NCBI RefSeq assembly: GCF_001194135.2
Contig: NC_068993.1
Location: 23,788,764 to 23,852,763, forward strand
DNA: 64,000 nt
Reading direction: 5' to 3'
From: Octopus bimaculoides
Lineage: Eukaryota
In this document: positions 36,330 through 47,624 of the stretch, in pieces
Layout of the letters: every line of letters begins with the position of its first letter
How positions within the stretch are numbered: position 1 is the first letter of the stretch
Translations under genes and position numbers: made by a program
Notes under the pieces: model-generated
Database searches by the model: none
What the model was told of the DNA's origin: nothing
What the model saw: the letters and a program-made list of their open reading frames with translations, nothing else

Positions 36330-37800
36330 TTACGGCGCACCCTCTACTAAGTCCTGCTTTCTTTCCTCTTTTCATATTACTCACAGTGCATTAGGAAATC
36401 TCAGATGCCATACCGATGTCACTTTTACATATCTGGTCTGTTTTATTCAAAGAATTTATTTAATTTTCAGGCTTTCCTAGAAGTTTAAGGTTATCCTTAA
36501 ATAAAGGATTGTTTGTGAGTGATCCTTTATTTTTGCACATTATCAATCTATTTTCACTTTCCTAAGTTTTATTACAAGCGTTGACCTTTTCTTTACCATC
36601 CAAGTGGGAACTGCATCTTTCTGTTCATATTCATTCTGTCTAGTAGACAGCTTTACATGAACCACATTGTTCTTCAACCAAAACCTGAATATATTGAGAC
36701 AAGGAACTTTCCAGTTTGTTACGTTGGCTATTTGATCTTCACATAGCTGGTGCTTAATTTAATATCACTTCGAAATTCAGTCTCGATGGGTTATCATACC
36801 AGAAGATCGCTGGTCATCACTAGGAATATCGTCCTTCCCATTGTCTCCCTCCAAAGTGCGGATGAATTGTAATGGACGGTTTTGAATTAATCTATTCTCC
36901 TCGACTGCTTATTTCTGTTCATAAATTTTGCCATCCAAGGTTTCGATAAAATCCTGTTTCGATTGTTCCATTACTGTGTAGAATCCATTCTTCCATAGTT
37001 AATATTACTTGTCCAATTTCTCTTGATCAAACATTTTTTTTCTCCTATTTTCCTCTAAATTATTGCTAAATTTTACTCACATTCGTTTTGACAACAATAT
37101 ATCGGTTTTAATGCATCGTTTCCACCATCGCTCAAGCAAAGACTTTTGCTTTGCTTTTGTTAGTAGTATTTTCTCCTCAAGAAGTAGTGCAATATCTCGC
37201 TTGAGATTACTTTTTGTCTTCTGTCTGGATATGCGGTATGAAAGCATTTATCTTTTTTTTTCTTATAATATTATTTGTGATACTTTTAACTCCCTTCTCA
37301 TAATCATCTGTATGTTTTCTTCGGGGGCATTCATCAAATCCATAAAGTGTCTTTGAAATTCAGGTGATTCATCACCCAATTGGTTTCCTCTTCTATATGC
37401 AGTATCAGTCTTCAGTCTATAACATAGCTCATCAGCACTCTTAACACTCCCATCACCATTTCCCTGTTGTCTATTGTCTCTCTGGTTCAACTTTAGAGAC
37501 GGCCCCAGTTTCTACTCTAATCATCCTTTGTTGCTCATCTAACGATTCTCTTGAACTTTCACTAATCCGCGATATTTCTTTCACAGTAACCCACCCACCA
37601 CTTCGCCTAGTCATCCTCTCCTGATTCATTAGCTTACTTTCTGACATAGAAAACATGTCTTTTTTTTCATCAAAAAGATTTTAGTGTCCCAGTCGATGAA
37701 TTCCTTCCAGATTTACTCTTCCATAACATTCTATGAGTGTGGTATATCCTTCCTTCGTCCGTGCACATTCTTTGTGTGATCTTTTGCGTGTTAAGTACCG
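36330..37800 (-). mobile_element. R4/Dong-like non-LTR retrotransposon relic (N-terminus to start of RT)
   Basis: TTLIECYGR...MFSMSESKLMNQERMTRRSGGWVTVKEI (cf. R4 N-terminal VMECYY...MF..TEQRL.DQ.R.I...GW) and WKVPCLNIFRFWLK...VPTWMVKKRSTLVIK (cf. NWKAPGxDxIxGFWLK...PxWMTxGRTxLIxK). Confidence 0.7.
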
Positions 37801-38195
37801 TCCGGCTCTAAATCACTTCCTATGTTCTGCAAAGTTCTAAATATGGTATGCAAGACACTTTCATCGCAATTGCGTCCAACTTCATTTACGTTGTCAACTA
37901 TTACATTAACGTTTTACATCCTGATACCATAAACACTGCGTGTATAATTTTCCTTTCCCCGAGTATATTTATTGAGATATTATCACTATATAACCAACTT
38001 TATGTGGCCACAGAGTTTCTATATAATTGTCATTTGTCATTATAACAATCATTATCACCATTAAAGTAATTACAATCATCATTATTATCATTATTATTAT
38101 TGTTGTTGTTGTTGTTGTTGTTGTCGTCGTTGTTGTGCATATGTTACCCTTGCCCTGTAAATGTTGTTGTTCTTGTTATTATCATTGGTATTACT

Positions 38196-38400
38196 AAGAC
38201 TGCAAGCTGGTGGAATCATCAGCAGGTTGGAAAATATGCTTAGCACCATTCATCCGTCTTTGTTCATCGGTTGTCTAAGATCGACTTTACTGTTCATCCT
38301 TTCGTGGCCTATTAAATAAGTACCAGTTGAGCACTGAGGACAATGTAATCGATAACCCTCCTCCCCGGAAATGTAGGCCGTGCACTTATTGTGAAACAGA
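38196..38400 (+). mobile_element. SINE family A, old copy
   Basis: AAGCTGGTGGAATCATCAGC...ATGCTTAGCACCATT...GATCGACTTTACTGTTCATCCTTTCG...AAATAAGTACCAGTTGAGCACTG. Confidence 0.75.
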
Positions 38401-40237
38401 TCATTATTATATTTTTTCTTCTCATTTATTTTGTCTAACGCAAACAGACAATATTTTTAGCTATTTCTTTTTTATTACGAATACATACACATTCTCGAAC
38501 GGTTACTATATTCATGTGCCTCGATGAATGAGAGATGCTGAAAGTAACTAAATCACAGAATACACATATTTCAACGTTCACTATTATGTAGTAAAAGCAA
38601 TATTTATCATCGTATTTTATCGCTGCTTCGATAATTTCGATGACCATAAAATGAAAGCGTTCTGATATTGGTAAACATATATTTTTTTTCAAATATAGAT
38701 ATATAACGACTAATCAAAATTGAAAAATATGCGATCGAACACAGACAAATAAATATACTCACACATATCACACGCACACACGTACACAAACACACATACA
38801 CACACATACACACACACATATATGTATGTATGTATGTATTCATACACACATATGATTTATGATATATTAAAGTACAAAAGGTAGCTTCCCATAGTGCAAA
38901 AAATAAAACTGCTGTTCTTAGGAAAGGGTGTGGTAAGAATGAATGAGAAAAACAAGCATATGAGGGCTAAAGGCAGGTACAAACTCAGACACATTCACAC
39001 ATAGAAGCACTTTTCGCACATTTAAACAAACACAGGTCAATATATGTACATATGTGTAAAAGAACGATCTATACATGTAATGTATGGACGTGTTTAGCGT
39101 TTGTTTCTCTTTCTGCCTTTCTTTGTGTCTCACTATTTATCAAGTGGTTCTACCAATGGATCATGAAGTAACTTATTTTAGTGTAAGTGGAACATTTATC
39201 TATCGTATCATCTATATATTATTAATATTTGTCTTCCTGTGTTTATAAGTGTGAAACACTCTGTTGTATAAGGCATTTTTTAAAGCTATCTATATGTCCT
39301 AGTTGCCATATTCCTGCCTTTTCACGTGAATTCTAGATGACGCTATGTCCTAGGGATGGATTTCTTGCAACTATCTATACATAATTTCTTCGGAAAAGAT
39401 ATGTAGTCATATGGCCTAGATGCGGACTATTCAATGTGTATAATATCAAGTAATTCCCGAATGAACATATCCCCAAAACGCTATGCGGTGTGCTCCGGCA
39501 GGCAATGACCATAAACCCTGACATCGAGAATTGAATCTAGAGAAGCAGAGAAGATACAAGGAAAGACTGTGGAAAGTCTAAAGAGAGGAAAAAGAGAATT
39601 GGGTATAAAGAAAGAAAAAAAATAGAAACGATAAGGAGGGGAAAATGAAATTGTTGCAAAAATTCGTGATACATTGTGTGGTATGACTAACGAGAAAGCT
39701 GGCGATAATAGGGAAATAATGCGTATTTTCAAGGAAAAAGAAGGCAAAATATGAACAATAGTGATAGGTAATGATATCTTACACAAACCAGAATGATAAA
39801 ACTGGTTAAAACAAAGAGTATGATTGAAGAGCATACTTAAGATTTCCTAGGTAAATCACAGGATTATAGAGGAAATAAATGACCTGATATTATTAACAGA
39901 GTGGAGGGGTGATTATTGTATCAGAAATTGACCGTTCGATTTTCTCTTGCACGTACACTAAATATATGTATATAACTACACACTTGCTGTTGGCGATATT
40001 TTATCTTTCTTTGGACTTCTTTCCACGAAGAGCTATGCTCAAAACGTCCGAAGACTTCTCTTTCTACTGAGCGTTAATCTAATACATTTTTGTACACATC
40101 TCCTTATTGCTTGCTTGTTATTGTTCCTTTTTTCATTTATTAGATTTGAATTTAAATACATACATACATATATATNNNNNNNNNNNNNNNNNNNNNNNNN
40201 NNNNNNNNNNNNNNNNNNNNNNNNNNNNNNNNNNNNN

Positions 40238-40239
40238 TG

Positions 40240-40288
<49 letters not shown>

Positions 40289-40370
40289 GCATGTATGTAT
40301 GTATGTGTATGTATGTATGTATGTATGTATGTATGTATGTATGTATGATGTATGTATGTTTGTATGTATA
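40238..40370. repeat. (AT)n-(ATGT)n microsatellite after gap 40176-40237
   Basis: Seen directly in the sequence. Confidence 0.95.
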
Positions 40371-40429
40371 TAAGCATCTATGAGCTTGGGGTATTCCTAA
40401 CAGTTTCAGAAGAGACATTTATTAATTTT

Positions 40430-41400
40430 GTAGAAGTACGAAACGCTAATCCCCTTCACAGTAGGATCATCTGACATCAACGCACTCGTTGTTGGCTGTC
40501 AATATCTTCGTGAAGTCTACCAAAGTGAATGTGTGCAGGACGCATTTCACTTCTTCAATGTCTTCAAAGCGACTACCTATGTAGTGATACTTCAATCTCC
40601 GCAACGACCAAAATTCCCAAGAAGCGGGGAAAGTGTCAGTGGGTGTGTAAGGGACAGTTCTGATTCCTATCCCTGTCATGTAGTTGGTTACGAGGATGGA
40701 TTTTTGAATTGGTGTATTGTCCTGGTACTGGCGCCACCGACTCTTAATTTTGGCCGCGACATCACTTCTTTATACATGATGTCCCTCAAGATCCCCACTA
40801 TGTACTGTTTGTCGACCAGCTGGCCTGAAGGAACTCAGTAGTTGTAGACGATGACCTTGCTGTTGAAAAATGATCGCACCATGAGCTTCCAAATAGACTT
40901 GTTTGCTTGGTGTTGCAGCAGCCAGGGTTCCTTCATTATGTACACTGTTCCTTGGTTTCTGGATCATAATAGTAGAACCCCCTTTTATCCCAAGTATCTA
41001 GAGATGCAACCATTTCTCTACGGTCACCAACGCGTTTTACCTTTTGTTCGTCACTGTGCACCTCGGGAAAAAACTTTGTACAAATTTTGCGAATGCTCAG
41101 ATCTTCATGAACAATTCTGTGTACATTTGCGACACAAACTCGAAACTGTATGCTTATTGTCATTATGTACACACAACAGTCTTCATACACAACATTGTGA
41201 ATTTTCTCAATGACATCTAATGTCCTGGGGTCCATCTCTCTTTTACGCCTCTCATTGTCTCTTATCTCCACTCTGCAATCCTTTAAACGCTTGTGCCAGC
41301 GAAAGTCAGATGCACGGCTCCATAAGCAGTCCAGATCATTTCATAAGTTTCTGTAACATTTTTACCCAATTTAACATAAAATATTTGGACATAGTAAGAT
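40430..41400 (-). mobile_element. Mariner-type transposase relic
   Basis: FYVKLGKNVTETYEMI...AYG; RTLDVIEKI...VHRIVHEDLSIRKICTKFFP...YYYDPETKEQ; GIRTVPYTP...GSRFEDIEEVK. Canonical mariner order with an internal deletion. Confidence 0.88.
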
Positions 41401-42459
41401 TCCAGATGGTCTGCCACTTCGTCATCTGTGACAATCAATGTTTAGTAGGATATGTTCAATGTTTTGTTTCAGCCATCCCCTTCAATTTGGTATTAATAAT
41501 TGACAAGTTACATTATTAGATGTATAGAAATGATATACAAAAATTACAGACAACTAGGACAGTTATAACTGACTCTCCTAAAAATGTCTCTGGATTTTAT
41601 TACCACCACGTATATGCTTGTATGTATATACATGTGTCTGTGATTGTATGTATGAATACATATCCTTGGTTGTGTTGTAAATTAACGGGTTCCACGGCAT
41701 GTAAGAAGAACTCAAAGCTAATTTACGAGGTGATTTTTCCAATGATTTTTATCAAAAACGTCACGGGTGTATTTTTCTAAATATTATTACTGTAGTTTAT
41801 AGAAAGAGTAGATAAATATATAAAAACGCACTAATACGTGTGAGTTAATGGCAATGATTTTACGAAAAATTCAAGGCAGAAATTTCTGAAATGCTAAACT
41901 GTATTGAAAGCTGTTAGCGAATATTAACTACTTGTAACAAAATATTTACTGCAAGGATGTGTTTGCTAATCCTGAATGACAAGACGAAGTAAGAAATTAA
42001 CATTATAAATATATAAATTAGATCTTAGCAATGATGCACTATAATGATTAAATTTAAACGGAAAAGAAATCATAAAATTGAAATTTTCAGAGTTTAAATA
42101 ACGAGTAAATATTTCAATAAATACGATTGAATGTTAAAGTAGTTACCAAATTAATGTGATTAGTGATATTTTAGTTTACAACTAGTATAGAACATGTGAA
42201 AGCAAATGGAAAAAAATGAAGGAACATTTCTATAGATACTTTCAAGTTAATCATATTTTTTACAGCCGATTCCCTCCAACAAAAAAATAACTTACCCTCA
42301 TTGTTCATAATTAAAGAAACATCATTGCTTGTGATTTTTGTTGGAATATCATTAGGTCACGTACAAGGTTCTCTACGGATATGGACTAAAGTTGGCCAGG
42401 AATTTCCCAGCCAGTAATATTGGAATAATATATATGCACACACACATACATATAAATAT

Positions 42460-42461
42460 AT

Positions 42462-42545
<84 letters not shown>

Positions 42546-42582
42546 CAGTGTATATTTAAATACGTACATATACATATAAATA

Positions 42583-42616
<34 letters not shown>

Positions 42617-42900
42617 TATATATATACAGGAATATATTCACACTCCCACATATACGTATATACATATATGTACATATGTGCACACATATATATATGCATA
42701 TACAATCCTCCTGTCACACACCTACAGCCGCAGGTATACAAACATATGCATATCCGTTTAAAAGAAGGGGACGTGTGCATGAAAGTCGCACTTATGCACA
42801 GTCCCGCACTCATATACATACATACATATACATACACGTGTGCACATATATACACACATACACATTTAATATATACATACATATACATACACTCACACAT
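42460..42900. repeat. Long (TA)n / (TACA)n low-complexity region
   Basis: Seen directly in the sequence. Confidence 0.9.
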
Positions 42901-43099
42901 GTACACATTCACACAATTAAAAAGGAAAAATCTGAAAGATATATATAAAACAATAAAAAATGTTAAGACATATGGAAAGCTTGTGCAGAAACATAGTAAA
43001 AATGCGGATTCTATCCGTAATCTTGGTGAACCCAAAACCGTAACAGTTAGTTTGCCATATGCGGACATGTTCCAAAAAGTTGAGTTCTTGAATTTAAAC

Positions 43100-43490
43100 A
43101 TGTAGCCGGATCCAAGGACTTTTTCTAGATCAGCCATCTTTCAATATAACAAAGACCGCACTTGACACTACCGTTGGTATAAGGTTTACACTTGGCCAAG
43201 ATCTTCTAGTAAATCCTATAGCTGACTCCTCGTTCTTTTTAAGAACCACATGTGACTGGACAATTTGGTAGTTTTTCGCTTATCCCAGTGTCTGAAGCTT
43301 CAGGTGTGGTTGTTGTATCTTGCTTTAAAATTTCCCTCATGCGCCCACATATTTCTTTGATGAAACTGTGTTATTAGCGTTCGTAGAATTCACGGTGGCT
43401 TCATAAATAATGGCTTCGGCCATACTAGCTCCATTTAGTGGGCACAAGTCTTTATCCCTCCAGCTGTCTATTGACACACTTTATGTGCTC
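43100..43490 (-). mobile_element. Penelope-like element GIY-YIG endonuclease relic
   Basis: Hand translation gives RDKDLCPLNGASMAEAIIYEATV...KKYVG / EGNFKARYNNHT*SFRH...TTKLSSHMWFLK / LAKCKPYTNGSVKCGLCYIE, the PLE endonuclease pattern IY..YVG..RYNNH..SF...CxLC. Confidence 0.85.
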
Positions 43491-43496
43491 TTCCTG

Positions 43497-43926
43497 GGGC
43501 TACAAGCTACAGTAGCATCCACCCTTAAGAGTTAGCCACATTTAAGTGGCAAGTATACTTCACGATGTCGTGCAACTACTGTTTTTATCTCGCTCAGAGA
43601 TTTATTATTGCATGTTTACACTTTTTCAAGATCAGTGAATTTTCGTGACTGGAAAAGGATATACATGTATTTTGCATTGAGAACCACTTCACATCGACAA
43701 CCGGTGGTTTTCACACGCTGTTGACGAGTCAATACGCAGAAACTCAGGACCGTGTATATCACGTCAGGTTAGAGATGGTTAAGATGGCTTCCCTTAGTAA
43801 ATACTGATAGGGCACAGAAAGTTTTTCAATAGTGAGCTGGAGAAGGTATCTTGCTAGGGCTTCAAGCTACAGTAGCATCTACCCTTAAGGGTTAGCCACA
43901 TTTAAGTGACAAATATACTTCACGAT
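43497..43926 (+). repeat. 360-bp unit bounded by 70-bp direct repeats (43497-43566 and 43857-43926); pLTR/retrozyme-like
   Basis: GGGCTACAAGCTACAGTAGCATCCACCCTTAAGAGTTAGCCACATTTAAGTGGCAAGTATACTTCACGAT recurs exactly 360 bp later with 5 mismatches. It abuts the GIY-YIG relic. Confidence 0.9.
43713..43755 (+). ncRNA. Degenerate minimal type I hammerhead-like motif
   Basis: ACACG-CTGTTGA-N14-GAAAC-TCAG-GAC-CGTGT. Stem I is a perfect 5 bp; the core has A6-to-U and U16.1-to-A changes. Hand-folded only. Confidence 0.45.
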
Positions 43927-44480
43927 ATATATATGTATATCTTATTTGAGAAAGAGTTAGAATCAACATCGTGTACTGAGTGTAATACATTATTTTATCT
44001 TCATGCTCTTAGTTTATCAAATTTACTTATCAATTGCATTTCGAAAAGCGAATCGTTCATAATCTTATGTTGTTAGCATTTCCGTCACGTTGGGTCTCTT
44101 CGGTAAGACGAATCAATACTCTGAGACCTACTATAACTTACAATACATTAAAATAGATTAAATTATCAAGGTTATAGAAGTAGAGAGATGGAATGCATAT
44201 AGCCAAGTCATCGTTCGCATATAAGTCTTCAAGATTTTCAGGAGCTTGAACACGCGCTGATTTGAGAGAGTAATCACCACCATGCCAGATCGCAGTTATG
44301 TAAATACACAGTGCACATACGATGAGTATGTGTAATCGATAATGTCTATTACACTAGCGCTGCCTCTACTTCATATTTGGATATATATATATATATACAT
44401 ATACATGCTTTAAACATCAGCAAAGAGATTCTATGTAACTCTATATTTATGTAAACGCTTGTCAGTTTACGTATTTAAAT

Positions 44481-44692
44481 TACGGTGATGAGCTGGCAAA
44501 ATCTTTACCACACCGGAATATTGCTTAGCACCATTTATCTTGACCTTACGTCCTGATTTCAAATGACTCCGCATTCGATTTTGCCCTTTATATTTTCGGG
44601 ATCGATACAATAAGTACCTGTTGAATACTGTGGTTTACGTAATCATTTTATTCCTTCCCCCAAGACTGCTGGCCTTAAACCAAAATTTGAAA
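44481..44692 (+). mobile_element. SINE family A, old copy
   Basis: GGTGATGAGCTGGCAAAATC...TGCTTAGCACC...GATTTTGCCCTTTATATTTTCGGGATCGATACAATAAGTACC...CTGCTGGCCTT. Confidence 0.75.
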
Positions 44693-45545
44693 AAAAATGT
44701 ATGTATGTGAATATATATGAGATGGTGTGAATGTGTGGGCGAGTGTATATGTCTGTGACCAGCTACGAATACTATTTAGCTTTACTAATTTTATTCATAT
44801 AGCTACTTCATAGCATTTAACTTAAGTATTTAATAGGTTCATGCTGATAGCTTCTTAAAATGTAACCTTCGTGTTTCAAAATTCTAACTATTTGAAAACC
44901 ATTTTGCCTTACGAAATATCATTTACATGAACACATCAGAAAAACAGTTTCAATTTATGTTCTTATAATTACATTAAACTCTTAAATAGCATTTCCCACA
45001 CCAAACTTTTTCTGCAATAATGATTCTATCAGATAACATAGATATTTCTATTTGTGATACTTCCGGTCTAATTTTTTATTGGTCTGTTAGCATTAAACAT
45101 TTAAATATTTTCACTCTTTAATATATAGATTTTCGTCTTAAATCTACGTTCAATTATGTGTGTGTATGTGTATATGTATGTGTATGTGTATAAACACATA
45201 TTTATCTGATGATAGATAGCCGTATCGTAAACTACCTCAAATCTTACATTGAGTATATATAATGCTTTCAGTATTATATGTGATCTCTCGTCTTTCAATA
45301 TCTGTATTAGGCTCGTTATGTTTACACGTATTAGACATTTTGATGTCAATGATCCACAAATATCTGTCGAGATAAGATGCCAGCATTTTCTGAACCAGGG
45401 GACTTGTATGTAGTAATCGCTGGGAATTCTTATCAGCGTTTGCATTGAATATTGTTTAAACCAAAAAACGTCGAAATGGGTATTAGTAAATTTATGACTA
45501 TTTATATATCGTCTTCCACTGAAAATGTCGTTTGCATTCTTACAT

Positions 45546-45595
45546 TAGAAGTTTTTTACTGCCTCTTTCAGTGACTATTCCGAAGTCATCATCAG
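45546..45595 (-). ncRNA. Degenerate type I hammerhead-like motif
   Basis: Minus strand: CTGATGA-TGAC(ttcggaata)GTCA-ct-GAAA-GAGG(cagtaaaaaa)CTTCT-A. Stem II has 4 bp plus 2 extra nt, stem III has 5 bp including one G-U, the triplet is CUA, and stem I is poor. Confidence 0.4.
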
Positions 45596-45597
45596 CT

Positions 45598-45860
45598 CTA
45601 GATACTATAAAATATAGCTTCTCTTGTGCTTCTGTCCTTTAATAGTATCATAATCTTCCAGTTTAATGGAATCACGTCCATGCATAAAAAATTTGTGGAA
45701 TATAGAGCGTTTTCTTTCGATTTCTTTAATCTTTTATCAATGCCAGCCATATAGTTCTTCTTTCTCACGAGAAGTAATTGGGTGTGAGTGATGTTTGGGG
45801 AGTTCCCCACCGATAAGCTGTTTGTCATTTTATTCTTATTTGATCTCTTCATTGATACTG
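45598..45860 (-). mobile_element. Possible very decayed PLE GIY-YIG tail
   Basis: NITHTQLLLVRKKNYMAGIDKRLK loosely resembles NVIYxIxCxxCxKxYIGxTxRxL. It ends immediately before the hammerhead-like motif. Confidence 0.25.
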
Positions 45861-46139
45861 TTTCTGAACATTTCCCTGAGCAATATTATAAGAACCTCAA
45901 AACGCCTTTGCGCCGAACTTTAGCGCACGTATTTGTTTGTGCGTGTGTATATGTATAAATGAATATATGAATATATGTATGTTTGTCGTTTCATTTTTGA
46001 GTACTTTTTTCCAGTGAAGGAGATGGTTTACAACAAAGAAACAAAGTTCCATCGTGAAAATTTGGAGAAAAGAACAGGGCGTTTTATACTTCGAGTAATA
46101 GAAAGGAATTGCATTTACTATTATTATTATTACAGCTTC

Positions 46140-46370
46140 TAAGGCGGCGAGCTGGCAGAAACGTTAGTACCCCGGGCGAAATACTTAGCGGTATTTCGTC
46201 TGGTGCTACATTCTGAGTTCAAATTCCGCCGAGGTCGACTTTGCCTTTTATCCTCTTTGGGTCGATTAAGTAAGTACCAGTTCTGCACTAAGGTCGATAT
46301 AATCGACTTGATCCGTCTTTCGGTCCTTATTTATCCCCTATGTGTGTAGCCCCTTGTGGGTAGTAAAGAA
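46140..46370 (+). mobile_element. SINE family A, full head, tail type 2 (CCCCTATGTGTGTAGCCCCTTGTGGG)
   Basis: TAAGGCGGCGAGCTGGCAGAAACG A-box-like, GAGTTCAAATTCCGCCGAGG B-box-like, and the core sequence. Confidence 0.92.
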
Positions 46371-46371
46371 A

Positions 46372-46575
46372 CAAACTTTAGCACGCTGGGCAAAATGCTT
46401 AGCGGTATTTCGTCTGCCGTTACCTTCTGAGTCCAAATTCCGCCGAGGTCGACTTTGCCTTTCATTCTTTCGGGGTCGATAAATTAAGTACCAGTTGCGT
46501 ATTGGGGTCGGTCTAATTGACTGTCCTCTGCCCAAATAAATTTTGGGACTTATGCCTAGAGTTCAAAAGATTATT
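46372..46575 (+). mobile_element. SINE family A, 5'-clipped, tail type 1, in tandem with the previous copy
   Basis: TTAGCACGCTGGGCAAAATGCTTAGCGGTATTTCG...GGGGTCGATAAATTAAGTACCAGTTGCGTATTGGGGTCG...TATGCCTAGAG. Confidence 0.92.
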
Positions 46576-47407
46576 ATCAGTTTTTAGTTACAAAATGCGC
46601 ATTAGCTGGACTTGATTTGCCTGAAAAGATTATCCAGAGTGTCATTTGAGATATATTAACTTGAACAGGTGTACGAACAATTACTGGTATAAACGTGAAT
46701 TTATTATCAGTGTATGGTTGAGAAGTTGTGTTTATTCTCCACTGATTTTGGAATAAACATCCACACTTATCAGGAAATATTTTCCTGGTAACATTTTTGG
46801 GAAAACTACTGATCGCGTGTCATATCTAAGAGTAAGGGATAAGTGACATTTTGTTTCATTTCACCTTGATGGATTTAGTGTTTCATTAATATTTCTTCGT
46901 TGGGAATATTACAGCTATACACGTTTCTTCGGTTATTATAACGGTTATTAAAAGATGTTACGATGTATGTGATCGCGAGTTCTAGAAGAGTTACCACTTA
47001 TATTTATCAGCATGCGAATATTACTAGAAATGTACGTACCCAAAACATTTTTGAGGTGTGTAGAGCGTTTCGCATTCAGATTTGTTAGTCATGCAATTCT
47101 ACGTTCACATAAGCGGTTATCGTAAGAAAATTCCTCTTGAAGAGTTCACTGCAACTGAGTAAGATGTTAAACTCTTCAATTTACGTGCACTTAAGTTTAA
47201 TGCATTCATTGACAAAATATGCTATTAACAAGCTTTCTCCTAAGATCTTCAGTCCAATTAATTGTATACATTTATTTCTACCTGGAGTTGGATACCACTT
47301 TTTATATTTGTGTATAGTTGTTGTGTATGCATTTCAATTTTAACCCGACCCGGTGCCTTACCATTTAAACGCCTCATTCAACTTAATCTTAATATTATAT
47401 ATATATA

Positions 47408-47567
47408 TACGACGGGCTTCTTTCAGTTTCCGTCTACTAAATCCACTCACAAGGCTTCGGTCGGCCGGAGGCTATATTGGTAAACACTTGTCCAATTTGC
47501 CACGCAGTAAGACTGAATCCGGAACCATGTGGTATTACAAGCTACTTACCGCATAGCCTCTCCTACG

Positions 47568-47570
<3 letters not shown>
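47408..47570 (-). mobile_element. SINE family B, 5' half
   Basis: Reverse complement is AGGCGTAGGAGAGGCTATGCGGTAAGTAGCTTG...GGATTCAGTC...GCCTTGTGAGTGGATTTAGTAGACGGAAACTGAAAGAAGCCCGTCG. Confidence 0.9.

Positions 47571-47624
<54 letters not shown>

Noticed and set aside
39500-39900. Purine-skewed Lys/Glu-rich stretch as LINE ORF1
   Set aside because: The composition suggests a decayed element, but there is no diagnostic motif.
44225-44290. A-box/B-box-like motifs on the minus strand as a tRNA gene
   Set aside because: The spacing is too short and no cloverleaf forms; at most an old SINE head.
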